A stretch of 64,000 nucleotides of DNA from Candidatus Latescibacterota bacterium. GTDB taxonomy: Bacteria; Latescibacterota; UBA2968; UBA8231. The position numbers and the translations under genes are program-made. Each line of letters opens with the position of its first letter. Position 1 is the stretch's first letter. The DNA lies in assembly GCA_965248355.1 (NCBI GenBank), contig OZ252098.1, forward strand, positions 2,752,001 to 2,816,000. Reading direction: 5' to 3'. Of this stretch, positions 18,046 through 27,162 are shown piece after piece. The notes under the pieces are model-generated. The model made no database searches, was not told where the DNA came from, and saw only the letters and a list, made by a program, of their open reading frames with translations.

Positions 18046-19008
18046 ATGCTGCTCGACGATCTGACAGGCGTTATCGAATTGCTGCGCGAGCGTATTCAGT
18101 CACATGGCGACGCTTTGCGGGAAAACGAGACGCGCACCCGGATGGCGCTCGTGGACCCCCTGTTGCAAGCCCTGGGCTGGGACGTATCTGACCCCGCGGT
18201 GGTGACACCGGAATACAAGGTGAGCGGCGGGTGGGCCGACTATGCGTTGCTGCGGTCAGACGGGCCACCAGCGGCCACGGTGGAGGCCAAGAAGCTGGGG
18301 GAGCCGCTGGCTGCCCACCAGATGCAGATGTTGAACTACGCCAACGCGTCGGGCATTGACTTCGCCGCGCTCACTGACGGCGACCACTGGGAACTGTACG
18401 ATGTCTTCCGGCGGGGCACGCTGGAGGAGAGGCGCATGCTGGATGTATCCATCGCCAGGGAGCCGGTACACGAGGTCGCCCTCAAGCTGCTGCTGCTCTG
18501 GCGGCGCAACCTGACCTCAGGCGAGCCTGTGCAAGCCGGCCAGCCGATTGGCCTCGAGGCACCAGCACCGAAGACAAAGGCGGGAGAAGACGAGAAGCGT
18601 ACTGCGCCCCGATCCGAATCGCCGGATTGGGTGCCGCTCTTCAGCTATGAGAAGTCCGATTATGCAGGCTCGCGTAGCAAGCCGACGGCGATCCGATTCT
18701 GGGACGGGAGCGTACGCAGAGTGGGACACTGGTACGAAGTGTTGACTGTTACGGTCGAGAAGCTCTATTCGGCGAAGATGCTGACCGACGGTGATACTCC
18801 GATACTGTCGAGGAATGCAAGCAATTACCTGGTCAATACCGAGCCAGTGCACCCGACCGGCGAACAATTCAGCGCATCGAGGAGAATCGATGGGACGCCC
18901 TTGTTTGTCTTTATACATGGTAACCAGGTAACCCTGAGACAAAGAACACGGCGGCTGTTGAGGTTACACGGCCCGAAATCTCCCGAGGTCCACCTTCAAG
19001 TAGAGTAG
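18046..19008 (+). CDS. HsdR_N-like PD-(D/E)XK nuclease with C-terminal putative DNA-binding domain
   Basis: NETRTRMALVDPLLQALGWD...PEY...ADYALL...VEAKK...QMLNYA...LTDGDHWELYD; no helicase motifs. Confidence 0.8.
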   Translation: MLLDDLTGVIELLRERIQSHGDALRENETRTRMALVDPLLQALGWDVSDPAVVTPEYKVSGGWADYALLRSDGPPAATVEAKKLGEPLAAHQMQMLNYANASGIDFAALTDGDHWELYDVFRRGTLEERRMLDVSIAREPVHEVALKLLLLWRRNLTSGEPVQAGQPIGLEAPAPKTKAGEDEKRTAPRSESPDWVPLFSYEKSDYAGSRSKPTAIRFWDGSVRRVGHWYEVLTVTVEKLYSAKMLTDGDTPILSRNASNYLVNTEPVHPTGEQFSASRRIDGTPLFVFIHGNQVTLRQRTRRLLRLHGPKSPEVHLQVE

Positions 19009-19081
19009 CAGCTCCAGGGATGATCATCACAGCGACCTCAATTTGGGCACGACCCAGACTGACGATGCTACGGGAGGCACG

Positions 19082-19750
19082 ATGAAGAGGCATGTCGGCA
19101 GCAATTTCGATGAGTTCCTCAGCGACGAGGACCTTCTCAGCGAAGCCGAGGCAACGGCCGTGAAACGCGTCACTGACGACAAGCTGTCCAAGTCGGCGAT
19201 GGCCAAGGGCATGCAAACCAGCGTGGACAACGGCCTCGCATCCGGGGAGCCTCCGGCAGGAACCGCCGAGGATCGGGTCTTCGACCTCACCGCGCGGGTG
19301 GGCTGGACCAACCGCTTCGTGTGGGGGTTGCTCGCCCTGGTGTTCACCGCCAATGGCCTGGTGAACCTGGCCCGCTGGAACAACACCGACTCCGGCGGGA
19401 CTCAGCTCCTGGTGCTCGGGCTGGTCTACCTCTCCTTGGGCGTGCTGGTGCTGCCGGGCAGCCTCCTCTTCAGGCGGCTGAACAAGCTTGTCCTCGGCTT
19501 TTCGCAGGAGGAGCTGGTGATCCAGCGGGGGCTGTTCGTGCGGCAGCGGGTGCCCTGGGACTCCCTTGCCGGGATCACCCTGAGCCTCATGACCGCCGAG
19601 TTCGTCTCCCGCGAGGGCCCCTCCCGGGTGATCCAGTTCGGAATGCTCGGATACGCCGACAACCAGGAAATCAAGCCCCAAGTCTTCCAGACGATCCGGG
19701 ACTTCGCGCAGGCGAAGGGGATCCCCGTCATCGAGGATGGGGCCGCCTGA
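19082..19750 (+). CDS. Chimeric ORF: truncated Xre-type HTH antitoxin N-terminus fused to a 2-TM membrane protein
   Basis: MKRHVGSNFDEFL...AVKRV...SKSAMAKGMQTS then unrelated TM segments. Confidence 0.55.
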   Translation: MKRHVGSNFDEFLSDEDLLSEAEATAVKRVTDDKLSKSAMAKGMQTSVDNGLASGEPPAGTAEDRVFDLTARVGWTNRFVWGLLALVFTANGLVNLARWNNTDSGGTQLLVLGLVYLSLGVLVLPGSLLFRRLNKLVLGFSQEELVIQRGLFVRQRVPWDSLAGITLSLMTAEFVSREGPSRVIQFGMLGYADNQEIKPQVFQTIRDFAQAKGIPVIEDGAA

Positions 19751-19917
19751 CGGCGGCGCCCTCCCGGCGCGCGTCCACCCGAGGCACCTCCCGGCGGATC
19801 AGCCGATGCGGCCGCGCCCGGCGGAACTCGTGGGCGTCGGCCGGCTCCCGCTTCAGCCGCAGCTGGCGGCACCGCCCCCGGCGCTGAGATTGCCTCCCGG
19901 GCGGACCAGCCGCACCG

Positions 19918-20694
19918 CTACAGATCCAGCTCCCGCCGAGCCTCCGCCATCAGCTGGCAGGCGGCGGCCAGGAAGGGCTCGTCGCCCCCTACCAGCAGGG
20001 CCTGGAATCCATCCTCCACCGCCTTCTGCAGCGACTCCGGATCGAAGGACCGCCGATAGATCCCCAGGCCCGCGGGCTTGCCCGCCGCCGCCGCCGCGGC
20101 CGCCACCTTGGCCTGGGCCGCCTGGAAGGCCTCGCTCTCGAACTCGAAGGGCACGTCCAGGCTGTAGGAGAGGTCGACCGGGCCGATGACGGGGAAGTCG
20201 ACGCCGTCCACGGCGAGGATGGCCTCGATGTTGTCCACGGCGGCGGCTGACTCGATGATGGGGATGAAGCTCACCAAGTCGTCGATCTCCTCGAGGTACT
20301 CGCCTGTCTGGAGTCCGTAGCCGCCGGCGCGGTGGGGGCCGAAGCTGCGTATCCCCCGGGGCGGGTAGCGGCAGGCCAGGGCGCCGAACTCCGCATCCTG
20401 CGGGGTCTCGACGAAGGCGGCCATGATGCCCAGGGCCCCCATGTCGAGGTAGAGGCGGATCTGCTCCTCGTCGACCCGCGGCAGACGCACGACCGGCGTG
20501 GCCGGGGTGTTGCCGATGGCCTGGAGCTGGGCCTGGATGCCCTCCGGCGTCTGGGGCGCGTGCTCGGAGTCGATGACGAGCCAGTCGAACCCGGCGTGGC
20601 CGAACATCTCGGCGATGGCGGGCGATCCGAAGCGCAGCTGGGCGCCCACCGCCGCCCGCCCCTCCGCGAGGCGTTCCTTCAGGCGGCAGTTCAC
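19918..20694 (-). CDS. HpcH/HpaI aldolase family protein
   Basis: GFDWLVIDSEH, RYPPRGIR, IIES, IGPVDLS. Confidence 0.9.
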   Translation of the reverse strand: MNCRLKERLAEGRAAVGAQLRFGSPAIAEMFGHAGFDWLVIDSEHAPQTPEGIQAQLQAIGNTPATPVVRLPRVDEEQIRLYLDMGALGIMAAFVETPQDAEFGALACRYPPRGIRSFGPHRAGGYGLQTGEYLEEIDDLVSFIPIIESAAAVDNIEAILAVDGVDFPVIGPVDLSYSLDVPFEFESEAFQAAQAKVAAAAAAAGKPAGLGIYRRSFDPESLQKAVEDGFQALLVGGDEPFLAAACQLMAEARRELDL

Positions 20695-21674
20695 GACTCG
20701 TCCCCGCCGTCGATGCGGTAGAGGGGCTCCAGGCCGGCGGCGACGCGGTCGACGTTGCCGGCGGCGCAGGCCGCCCGCTTGCGGGAGGTCTCGGCGGTGA
20801 CGCCCGCGACGTGGGGGGTGGCCACGACGTTGGGCAGGGCGTACACGGGATCGCCGGGGTCCGGCGGCTCCTTCCCGAAGACGTCCAGGCCGGCGCCCCC
20901 GAGTCGGCCGGCGAGCAGCGCTTCCGACAGGGCCTCCTCGTCCACCAGGGCGCCGCGGGCGACGTTGATCAGGCAGGCCGAGGGCTTCATCAGGGCGAGC
21001 CTCCGGGCGTCGATCAGGTGCCGGGTGCTCTCGTTCAGGTGCAGGTGCAGGGACAGGTAGTCGCTGCCCGCCACCACCTCGTCGAGCCGGTCGTCGCCGA
21101 GGACGAACTCCGCGCCCAGCTCCTCGAGCACCTCTTCCTCGATGGGGCGCACGTTCACTCCCACCACTCGCAGGCCGAAGGGCCGGGCCCGCCGCGCCAG
21201 CTCCTGGCCGCTGGCCCCGAAGCCGATGATGCCCAGGGTGCGGCCCTCCAGCTCGTGGGCCAGCGGCTGGTACAGCTCGCCCTCGCGGAACCGGCGCTCG
21301 CTCTCACGGTAGCGCCGCGCCAGCATGAGGATCAGCATCATGGCCAGCTCGGCCAGGGCCGTGGCGCTGAAGGGGCCGGGAGTGTTGGCCACGGGGATCC
21401 CCTTCGACTTGACGTACTCCAGGTCGAAGTGGTCGAACCCCGTGCCCAGGATCTGCCACAGCCGCGCCGAGACGGCGGCGTCCATCATCGCCCGCGTGCT
21501 GGCGCTGCCGCCCTGGTCGAGTATTGCCTCGACGCCGGCGAACTGCTCTTCCAGCGGACGGCCGGGGTCGAGCACGGCCAGGTCGTGGCGGCCGCCCACG
21601 GCTGCGATCACGTCGGTGCCCCAGGGCTCCAACATGCTCTCCGTGGGGAGCAGCAGGACCTTCAAACGTCTCAT
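20691..21674 (-). CDS. D-isomer-specific 2-hydroxyacid dehydrogenase
   Basis: GIIGFGASG, LINVARGALVDE, GLDVF..EP, TPHVAG. Confidence 0.92.
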   Translation of the reverse strand: MRRLKVLLLPTESMLEPWGTDVIAAVGGRHDLAVLDPGRPLEEQFAGVEAILDQGGSASTRAMMDAAVSARLWQILGTGFDHFDLEYVKSKGIPVANTPGPFSATALAELAMMLILMLARRYRESERRFREGELYQPLAHELEGRTLGIIGFGASGQELARRARPFGLRVVGVNVRPIEEEVLEELGAEFVLGDDRLDEVVAGSDYLSLHLHLNESTRHLIDARRLALMKPSACLINVARGALVDEEALSEALLAGRLGGAGLDVFGKEPPDPGDPVYALPNVVATPHVAGVTAETSRKRAACAAGNVDRVAAGLEPLYRIDGGDES

Positions 21675-21925
21675 GGCTCAATCTCCACGGGCGCCGCGGC
21701 GCCGTGCTCCTCGTTCAGTGTGTGGGCGAGATGACGGGGGTCCATCCCCACCTCCGGTGAGTGGTCGAGGCCAACTCGGTCCTCCCGGGCCGAGGCCTGC
21801 CGGCACGCTGCCGGGGCCGCGGGGAAGGCCTGCCGGCTCCAGCGCTGCAAGGTAAGAAAACAAGGGCCGGCCGGGCGCCGTCACCTCCCTTGACCGGAGC
21901 CCGCACGCCCCTGATCCTTCACCTC

Positions 21926-22393
21926 ATGATCATGCCTCAGGACCCCTCCGGCGAGCAGCCCCGGGCCAAGGTGAAGAAGGGCATCACCTTCGGCGCCTTC
22001 GACCTCTTCCACGCCGGCCACGTGCTCATGCTGCAGGAGGCCAAGACCGTCTGCGACCACCTGATCGTCTGCATCCAGACCGACCCCACCATCGACCGGC
22101 CCGGGAAGAACAAGCCGATCCAGAGCATCGTCGAACGCCAGATCCAGGTGTCGGCCTGCAAGTACGTGGACGAGATCATCGTCTACGACACCGAGGACGA
22201 CGTCGTCGAAATCCTGCGCTCCGTCGACTGGGACGTCCGCATCCTGGGTGACGAGTACCGGGACACGGACTTCACCGGCCGCGCGGAGTCTGTCGACCGC
22301 TGCTACTTCAACACCCGGCCCCACACCTTCTCCAGCTCCGAGCTGCGGCTGCGAGTCGCCCGCGAGACGAAGGATCCGGAGGACAAGGATTGA
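21926..22393 (+). CDS. Cytidylyltransferase (TagD-like glycerol-3-phosphate cytidylyltransferase family)
   Basis: FDLFHAGH (HxGH motif), KYVDEII, FSSSELR. Confidence 0.85.
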   Translation: MIMPQDPSGEQPRAKVKKGITFGAFDLFHAGHVLMLQEAKTVCDHLIVCIQTDPTIDRPGKNKPIQSIVERQIQVSACKYVDEIIVYDTEDDVVEILRSVDWDVRILGDEYRDTDFTGRAESVDRCYFNTRPHTFSSSELRLRVARETKDPEDKD

Positions 22394-22406
22394 GGCGGAC
22401 CTCGAG

Positions 22407-24014
22407 TCAGTGCAGGAGCGTCAGCTTGCGGCTCTCCTGCACGCCGTCGACGGAGAGCACGAGGAAATACGTGCCCGAGGCCTGGAACCGGCCCTCCTGA
22501 TCGCGGCCGTCCCAGACATACTGGTAGTCCCCCGCCGGCCGCTCGGCCTCCGCGGCCAGCACCCGCACCCGTTGCCCCAACTCGTCGTAGATGTGCACCG
22601 AGACGTTGGCCGATTGGTCCAGGTGGAAGGCGAGGGTGACCGCGGCATTGGAGGGATTCGGATAGAGCCGCAGGGAGGGAGGTCCCCCTTCCGGGCGGCT
22701 CGGTGTGGAGTTCTGCTCGACCGTCCCGATGCTCGTGGGCACCGCGGGCTCGCCGACGCCGCAGATGCGGCGCAGGAAGGAGAACGTGCCTCCGTCCCAC
22801 AAATGGCCCGACGGCGGATACATTGCGACGAGGAGATCGCCCTCCGGCGTAAGTAGCACGAGAAAGGGTTCCCAGATCGGGGCGTCCAGGGCCGGCCCGC
22901 CGTCGCCCATCTGGTCTCGACAGGTGTGCCCGGACAGCCGCTTTCCGGTTGCCACTTGTTTCTCCAAGGCAGCACAGCCGCTGATGTACAGGTAATTTCT
23001 CCCGTCCCCCGCGATCGTTTCGAGGATTCCGTCGGCGCCCACGCGGTGAATGCGGCCGTATCCGAGATTGGCGATATACAGGACTCCCCGGGCATCGATG
23101 ACGAAGTCCAAGACATAGAGAGGCGCCTCGGTGGCCGGCCTGCCATTGGCGGCATACTCCGGGGTGTAGTGGATAGAGCTATGGATCTCGTCGCCCCAGT
23201 CCGATCCGGCGACGATCTCGAGGGTGCCGTCGTCAGAGCGCCGAAAGATCTTTCGACCGTTTGAGAAGTACAGTCTCCCTTGAGCATCCAGCCGCAAGGC
23301 CCCTGCCCAACGCGTCACCAGCAGCCGGGAGATGACTCCCTGCGCATCGATGCGCTGGATGCCTCCCATCCCGCCGACGAGCAGCTGGCCCCCGGGATCG
23401 AAGAGCAGCGAAGAGAAGGGACCGGACTCGACCCGGGCGGCAAAGGTGGTCACTTGCCCGTCCGCTTCGAGCCGGGCGATGCGGGCCTCCGTCCTGAGGG
23501 TTCCTCGGCGGTTGACATAGTCGACGAAGTAGAGCCGGCCCTGCCGGTCGAAGGCCATCGGCCCCGGGGCAATGCGCGCCTCCAGGGCCGCCACCGTGTC
23601 CTGTAGAACGTTGGTCTCTCGTAGCAGGGGGTCCCGCCAGGTATAGGCGTCGTCTTCTTGGGTGGAGTATTGGGGCACGCCAACGATGCGGGTGGCGCTG
23701 CCATCGGCTTCGAGACGGTATATGATCGTCTGGTCGGCCACATGGACGCGCCCCTGCGGACCCAAGGCCAGGGCCTGCGGATAGTAGCTGCGGTAGTCCG
23801 GGGCGGCCACCAGGTCCACACCGCCCCCTACGCTCAGGTACTCCGACGGGTAGATCTTGTAGTCGCGGAAGGCGGCGATGTAGTCGCCGCCTTCCGGGGC
23901 GGTCACCGTGGTGATGGTCCCGGGTGGGCCGCAGGGCGGCAGGGCCCACCCAAGGGACCCCGGGCCCAGTGACCCGAGAACGAGGACAACACAGTACCGA
24001 TGCCTGGCGGCCAT
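22407..24014 (-). CDS. Secreted NHL/beta-propeller protein with C-terminal FlgD-Ig domain
   Basis: Repeated FDRQGRLYF/DAQGRLYF/DARGVLYIA units; YPNPSN...IYDELGQRVRVL...WDGRDQEG...SGTYF. Confidence 0.8.
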   Translation of the reverse strand: MAARHRYCVVLVLGSLGPGSLGWALPPCGPPGTITTVTAPEGGDYIAAFRDYKIYPSEYLSVGGGVDLVAAPDYRSYYPQALALGPQGRVHVADQTIIYRLEADGSATRIVGVPQYSTQEDDAYTWRDPLLRETNVLQDTVAALEARIAPGPMAFDRQGRLYFVDYVNRRGTLRTEARIARLEADGQVTTFAARVESGPFSSLLFDPGGQLLVGGMGGIQRIDAQGVISRLLVTRWAGALRLDAQGRLYFSNGRKIFRRSDDGTLEIVAGSDWGDEIHSSIHYTPEYAANGRPATEAPLYVLDFVIDARGVLYIANLGYGRIHRVGADGILETIAGDGRNYLYISGCAALEKQVATGKRLSGHTCRDQMGDGGPALDAPIWEPFLVLLTPEGDLLVAMYPPSGHLWDGGTFSFLRRICGVGEPAVPTSIGTVEQNSTPSRPEGGPPSLRLYPNPSNAAVTLAFHLDQSANVSVHIYDELGQRVRVLAAEAERPAGDYQYVWDGRDQEGRFQASGTYFLVLSVDGVQESRKLTLLH

Positions 24015-24022
24015 GGCCCCCC

Positions 24023-24373
24023 TCAGTCGAGGATCTCCTCCACCCGTTCCGCCGGCCGGGCGATCACCGCCCGGTCCCCGCGCACACAGATGGGCCGGTT
24101 CATCACCCCCGGATGCTCCAGCAGCAACCCCACGAGGGCGTCGGCCGTGCCATAGTCGTCCAGGTCGAGGTCGAGGTCCTCGAAGGCCCCCGGATGGATC
24201 ATCTCCCGGGGGTCGCAGCCGAGCAGCTCCAGGAACCGTCTCAACTGCGCCTCGTCCGGCGGGTCGTGCAAGTACTCGACGACGTCGAACTCGACGCCTC
24301 GGGCGCGCAGGATCTGAAGCGCGCCCCTCGACTTGCTTCAGCCGGGGTTGTGGTAGAGGGTGATCTTGTCCAC
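24023..24373 (-). CDS. arsC: ArsC/Spx-family arsenate reductase-like protein, probable selenoprotein (UGA at 24340-24338)
   Basis: GTG start with GAGGAG RBS; MDKITLYHNPG-U-SKSRGAL...VVEYL...HPGVMNRPI...IARPAE in one frame across the TGA. Confidence 0.8.
24301..24326 (-). promoter_or_regulatory. Candidate bacterial SECIS hairpin
   Basis: mRNA GGGCGCGC-UUCAGAUCCU-GCGCGCCC, stem begins 11 nt after the UGA. Confidence 0.55.
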
Positions 24374-24387
24374 GGCGGTTCTCCTCT

Positions 24388-25776
24388 CTATTCGAAGAGC
24401 AGCACCCCGAAGCGGTCGGGGCGGTGGGCGTTCCCGTAGGTCGGCACCCACTGGCCGTACTCCGAGGCGTTGCCGATGCGCACGCGGGCCACGTTGAAGC
24501 CCCACTCCACGCCCGGCGCGACGGGGCCCTCCTCCAGCTGCGCCACCGGGATCGCCGCCTCGACGACCCAGAAGGTGTCGGCCACGGCGGTGCCCACCTC
24601 GATGGCGCCGTTCCAGGACGGTCCCGGCCGGCCGGGACCGTGGTGGCTGTCCCGGATGGTGCCGAGGGTGTTGATGATGAAATGGTGGAAGGACTGGCTG
24701 TCGCGGTTGGTGTCGATGAAGAGCTCCAGGCAGTCGTCGGCGTGGACGTCGCCGTCCCGCTCCGTCTCCGCGGCGGCCAGGTTCGCCGTGTTCGCCTCGT
24801 AGGCCTTCACGGCGACGAAGAGGGTGTCGGCGCGATAGCCGATCCAGGCCTCCGAGCGGCCCTCGGCCCGCCGCGCCGTGAGCCGCCAGATGCACTGGTA
24901 GAACTCGGTCAGGGGCTGCACCGGCCGCCACGCCGGCTCGTCGAGGAGACCATCAATGCGCGGGCTCTCCTTCAATTCGGGCACGCGCGCCACCATGCCG
25001 AGGCGCTCCAGGTACTCCCGGCCTCGCTCCTCGTCGCCGTTGGCGTAGAACAGCCGTCCCAGCTTCTGGTGGATGTTGAGGCTCCCCGGCGCCAGCTCCA
25101 GCGCCGAGCGCAGCAGTTCCTCGGCGCCGGCCGCGTCGGCGGCCAGGAAGAGCTTTTCCGCCTCCCCGGCCAGGTCCTCGGCCAGCACCTCCAGCCACTC
25201 CCGGGCCGCGATACGCAGATCCTCCGGCGGACCGGCGGCGATCAGGTCCTGCAGCACGGCGGCGAAGCTCTCCTTCTGGGCCGCATCCAGCAGGTCGGGG
25301 TCCACCCGCGTGCCCCAGTCGTCGTGCCAGTCGGAGGCCATGAACTCGAGGGCGGCCAGGATCTCCCCCTTCATGGCCGGATCGGTCTCGGCCTCGAAGC
25401 GCGCCAGCAGGGGGGGCACGGCCTCGGGCCGCCGCAGGTTGCCGAGGGCGCGGGCCACGCCGGCGCGCACCCGGGGCTCCGGGTCCTCCAGGCCGGCCAC
25501 GAGGCTGGCGAAGATGCGGCCGTCGGCCTCGCGCAGGTAGAGCCGGTAGAGGGACTCGGCCAGGTCGACGCGGGCCCGCGCCGGCAGGGAGCGGTCCTCG
25601 AAGGCGGCGATCAGCGGATCGACGGCGGTGCCCCTGGCCATGTTCAGGGCCAGCCGCGCCTCCTCGAGATCGCCGCCGCCCTCGACGATGGTGTCGATGT
25701 GGCGCTGCACGGGGTCGCCGCAGGCCGCCAGACAGGCGAGGGCGCCGGCCAGGATGAGGGGGCGCGTCCCGATCAT
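24388..25776 (-). CDS. Lipoprotein with HEAT repeats, TPR-like segment and C-terminal CBM9-like domain
   Basis: LAAC lipobox; LEDPEPRVRAGVARALG; PRIDGLLDEPAW...DDCLELFID...WVVEAAIP. Confidence 0.75.
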   Translation of the reverse strand: MIGTRPLILAGALACLAACGDPVQRHIDTIVEGGGDLEEARLALNMARGTAVDPLIAAFEDRSLPARARVDLAESLYRLYLREADGRIFASLVAGLEDPEPRVRAGVARALGNLRRPEAVPPLLARFEAETDPAMKGEILAALEFMASDWHDDWGTRVDPDLLDAAQKESFAAVLQDLIAAGPPEDLRIAAREWLEVLAEDLAGEAEKLFLAADAAGAEELLRSALELAPGSLNIHQKLGRLFYANGDEERGREYLERLGMVARVPELKESPRIDGLLDEPAWRPVQPLTEFYQCIWRLTARRAEGRSEAWIGYRADTLFVAVKAYEANTANLAAAETERDGDVHADDCLELFIDTNRDSQSFHHFIINTLGTIRDSHHGPGRPGPSWNGAIEVGTAVADTFWVVEAAIPVAQLEEGPVAPGVEWGFNVARVRIGNASEYGQWVPTYGNAHRPDRFGVLLFE

Positions 25777-27155
25777 TTGATGTCGTAACGCAGGAAGGAG
25801 AGGTAGGCGGCCATGAAGAACAGGACGGTCCAGGCGGCCAGCAGCATCACGTCGGGCAGGACCGCGGCCAGGCGTTCCGCCACGGGCGCGGGCCGGTAGA
25901 TCCAGCGCGGACGGCCGCTGAGATCGTGCCGCTCCCCCATGCGCTGCTCGGCCCAGGCGCGGCTGTAGAGCTCGGTCACGTAGACCGTCAGGCGGCGGCG
26001 GTACTCGGGCAGGCTCTGCCGGAAGCGGCGGTCCTCGGTGAGGCCGGCCCCGGCCAGCTCGGTGGCGGCGTAGGCGAAGGAGGAGAAGGGGGAGAGGCGC
26101 GACAGGTTCCGGGCCACCGACACCTGGGCGGCCAGCTCGTTGGCGTAGCGGCCCTCGATCCGGCCCTCGTCGTCGATCCTCTGCAACACCCGCTTCTGCC
26201 AGCGCAGGTTCCACATGGCGCCCCAGCGGCCGTCGTCCCCCCAGCGCTCGATCTCGGGGTTCTTCTCATGGAACTCGTCCAACTCCTCGTCGAAGGCCTC
26301 GCCGGCGGCCTCGTCGCTGGCCGCCTTCTCCTCCTCCACCTCCACGAAGTTGCGCAGGGGCACCGCCTCGGCCGCCAGGTAGGGCGCCGCGTTGGGGACC
26401 ACCAGGATCATCAGCACCCAGACCATGAGCAGGACGGTGATCGACGTCGAGGTCAGATGCGTGCGGGCCGAGACCAGGATCCCCATCCCGTAGACGGCGG
26501 CCAGGTAGAGCAGGCCCACGGCGACCAGCAGCACCAGGGCGGTCCAGTCCTGCTCGCCCAGCTCGACGCCGGGAATCACCATGACCACCACGAGGGCGGC
26601 GGTCACGGCCAGCAGGAAGGGCGCCGTCAGGGCCAGGTAGCCGCCGAGCCACTTGGCCAGCAGCACCAGGTCCCGGGGCGCCGAGTACGACATGAGCAGC
26701 TTCAGAGTGCCCGACTCCTTCTCGCCCGAGACGGCGTCGTAGCCGAAGGCGAGGGCCAGCAGGCTCATGACCACGCCGATGAAGAACAGCATGTCCACGG
26801 GCGGGAAGAGGTACGACACCGGGTTGACCTCGTGCTCGGCCTCGAAGATCGGCTGCCGCTCATGGGTGATCCGGGCCGAGACGACCAGCCTCGGGTCGAT
26901 GCCGCGCACGAAGATCCGCATCGGGCTCAGGGGCTTGTCGATGACGACGCCGTCGTCCCAGATGTCGCCGCTCTCCTCGAGCTCGTTGTCGTGCATCACC
27001 ACGTTCGTGCGGTAGTCGGCCAGGGCTTCCTTGTAGTCGCGGGTCAGCACCACGGCGCTGGACAGGGTGATCACCAGGCAGATGATGCAGGCCATGGCGA
27101 AGCGCAGGCTCAACAGCTGCTCCAGCAGCTCCTTGCGGATCAGGTGGGCGAGCAC
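25773..27155 (-). CDS. ABC-2 type transporter permease
   Basis: LIRKEL...GYDAVSGEKESGTLKLLMS...LLAKWLGG; ends FLRYDIK. Confidence 0.88.
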   Translation of the reverse strand: MLAHLIRKELLEQLLSLRFAMACIICLVITLSSAVVLTRDYKEALADYRTNVVMHDNELEESGDIWDDGVVIDKPLSPMRIFVRGIDPRLVVSARITHERQPIFEAEHEVNPVSYLFPPVDMLFFIGVVMSLLALAFGYDAVSGEKESGTLKLLMSYSAPRDLVLLAKWLGGYLALTAPFLLAVTAALVVVMVIPGVELGEQDWTALVLLVAVGLLYLAAVYGMGILVSARTHLTSTSITVLLMVWVLMILVVPNAAPYLAAEAVPLRNFVEVEEEKAASDEAAGEAFDEELDEFHEKNPEIERWGDDGRWGAMWNLRWQKRVLQRIDDEGRIEGRYANELAAQVSVARNLSRLSPFSSFAYAATELAGAGLTEDRRFRQSLPEYRRRLTVYVTELYSRAWAEQRMGERHDLSGRPRWIYRPAPVAERLAAVLPDVMLLAAWTVLFFMAAYLSFLRYDIK

Positions 27156-27162
27156 GGCGTCC

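Noticed and set aside
19880..19894. 15-mer GGCAATCTCAGCGCC (minus strand) also present at ~29953 and ~33444
   Set aside because: The latter two are explained by the duplication, and one extra 15-mer match is plausible by chance in 64 kb of GC-rich DNA.
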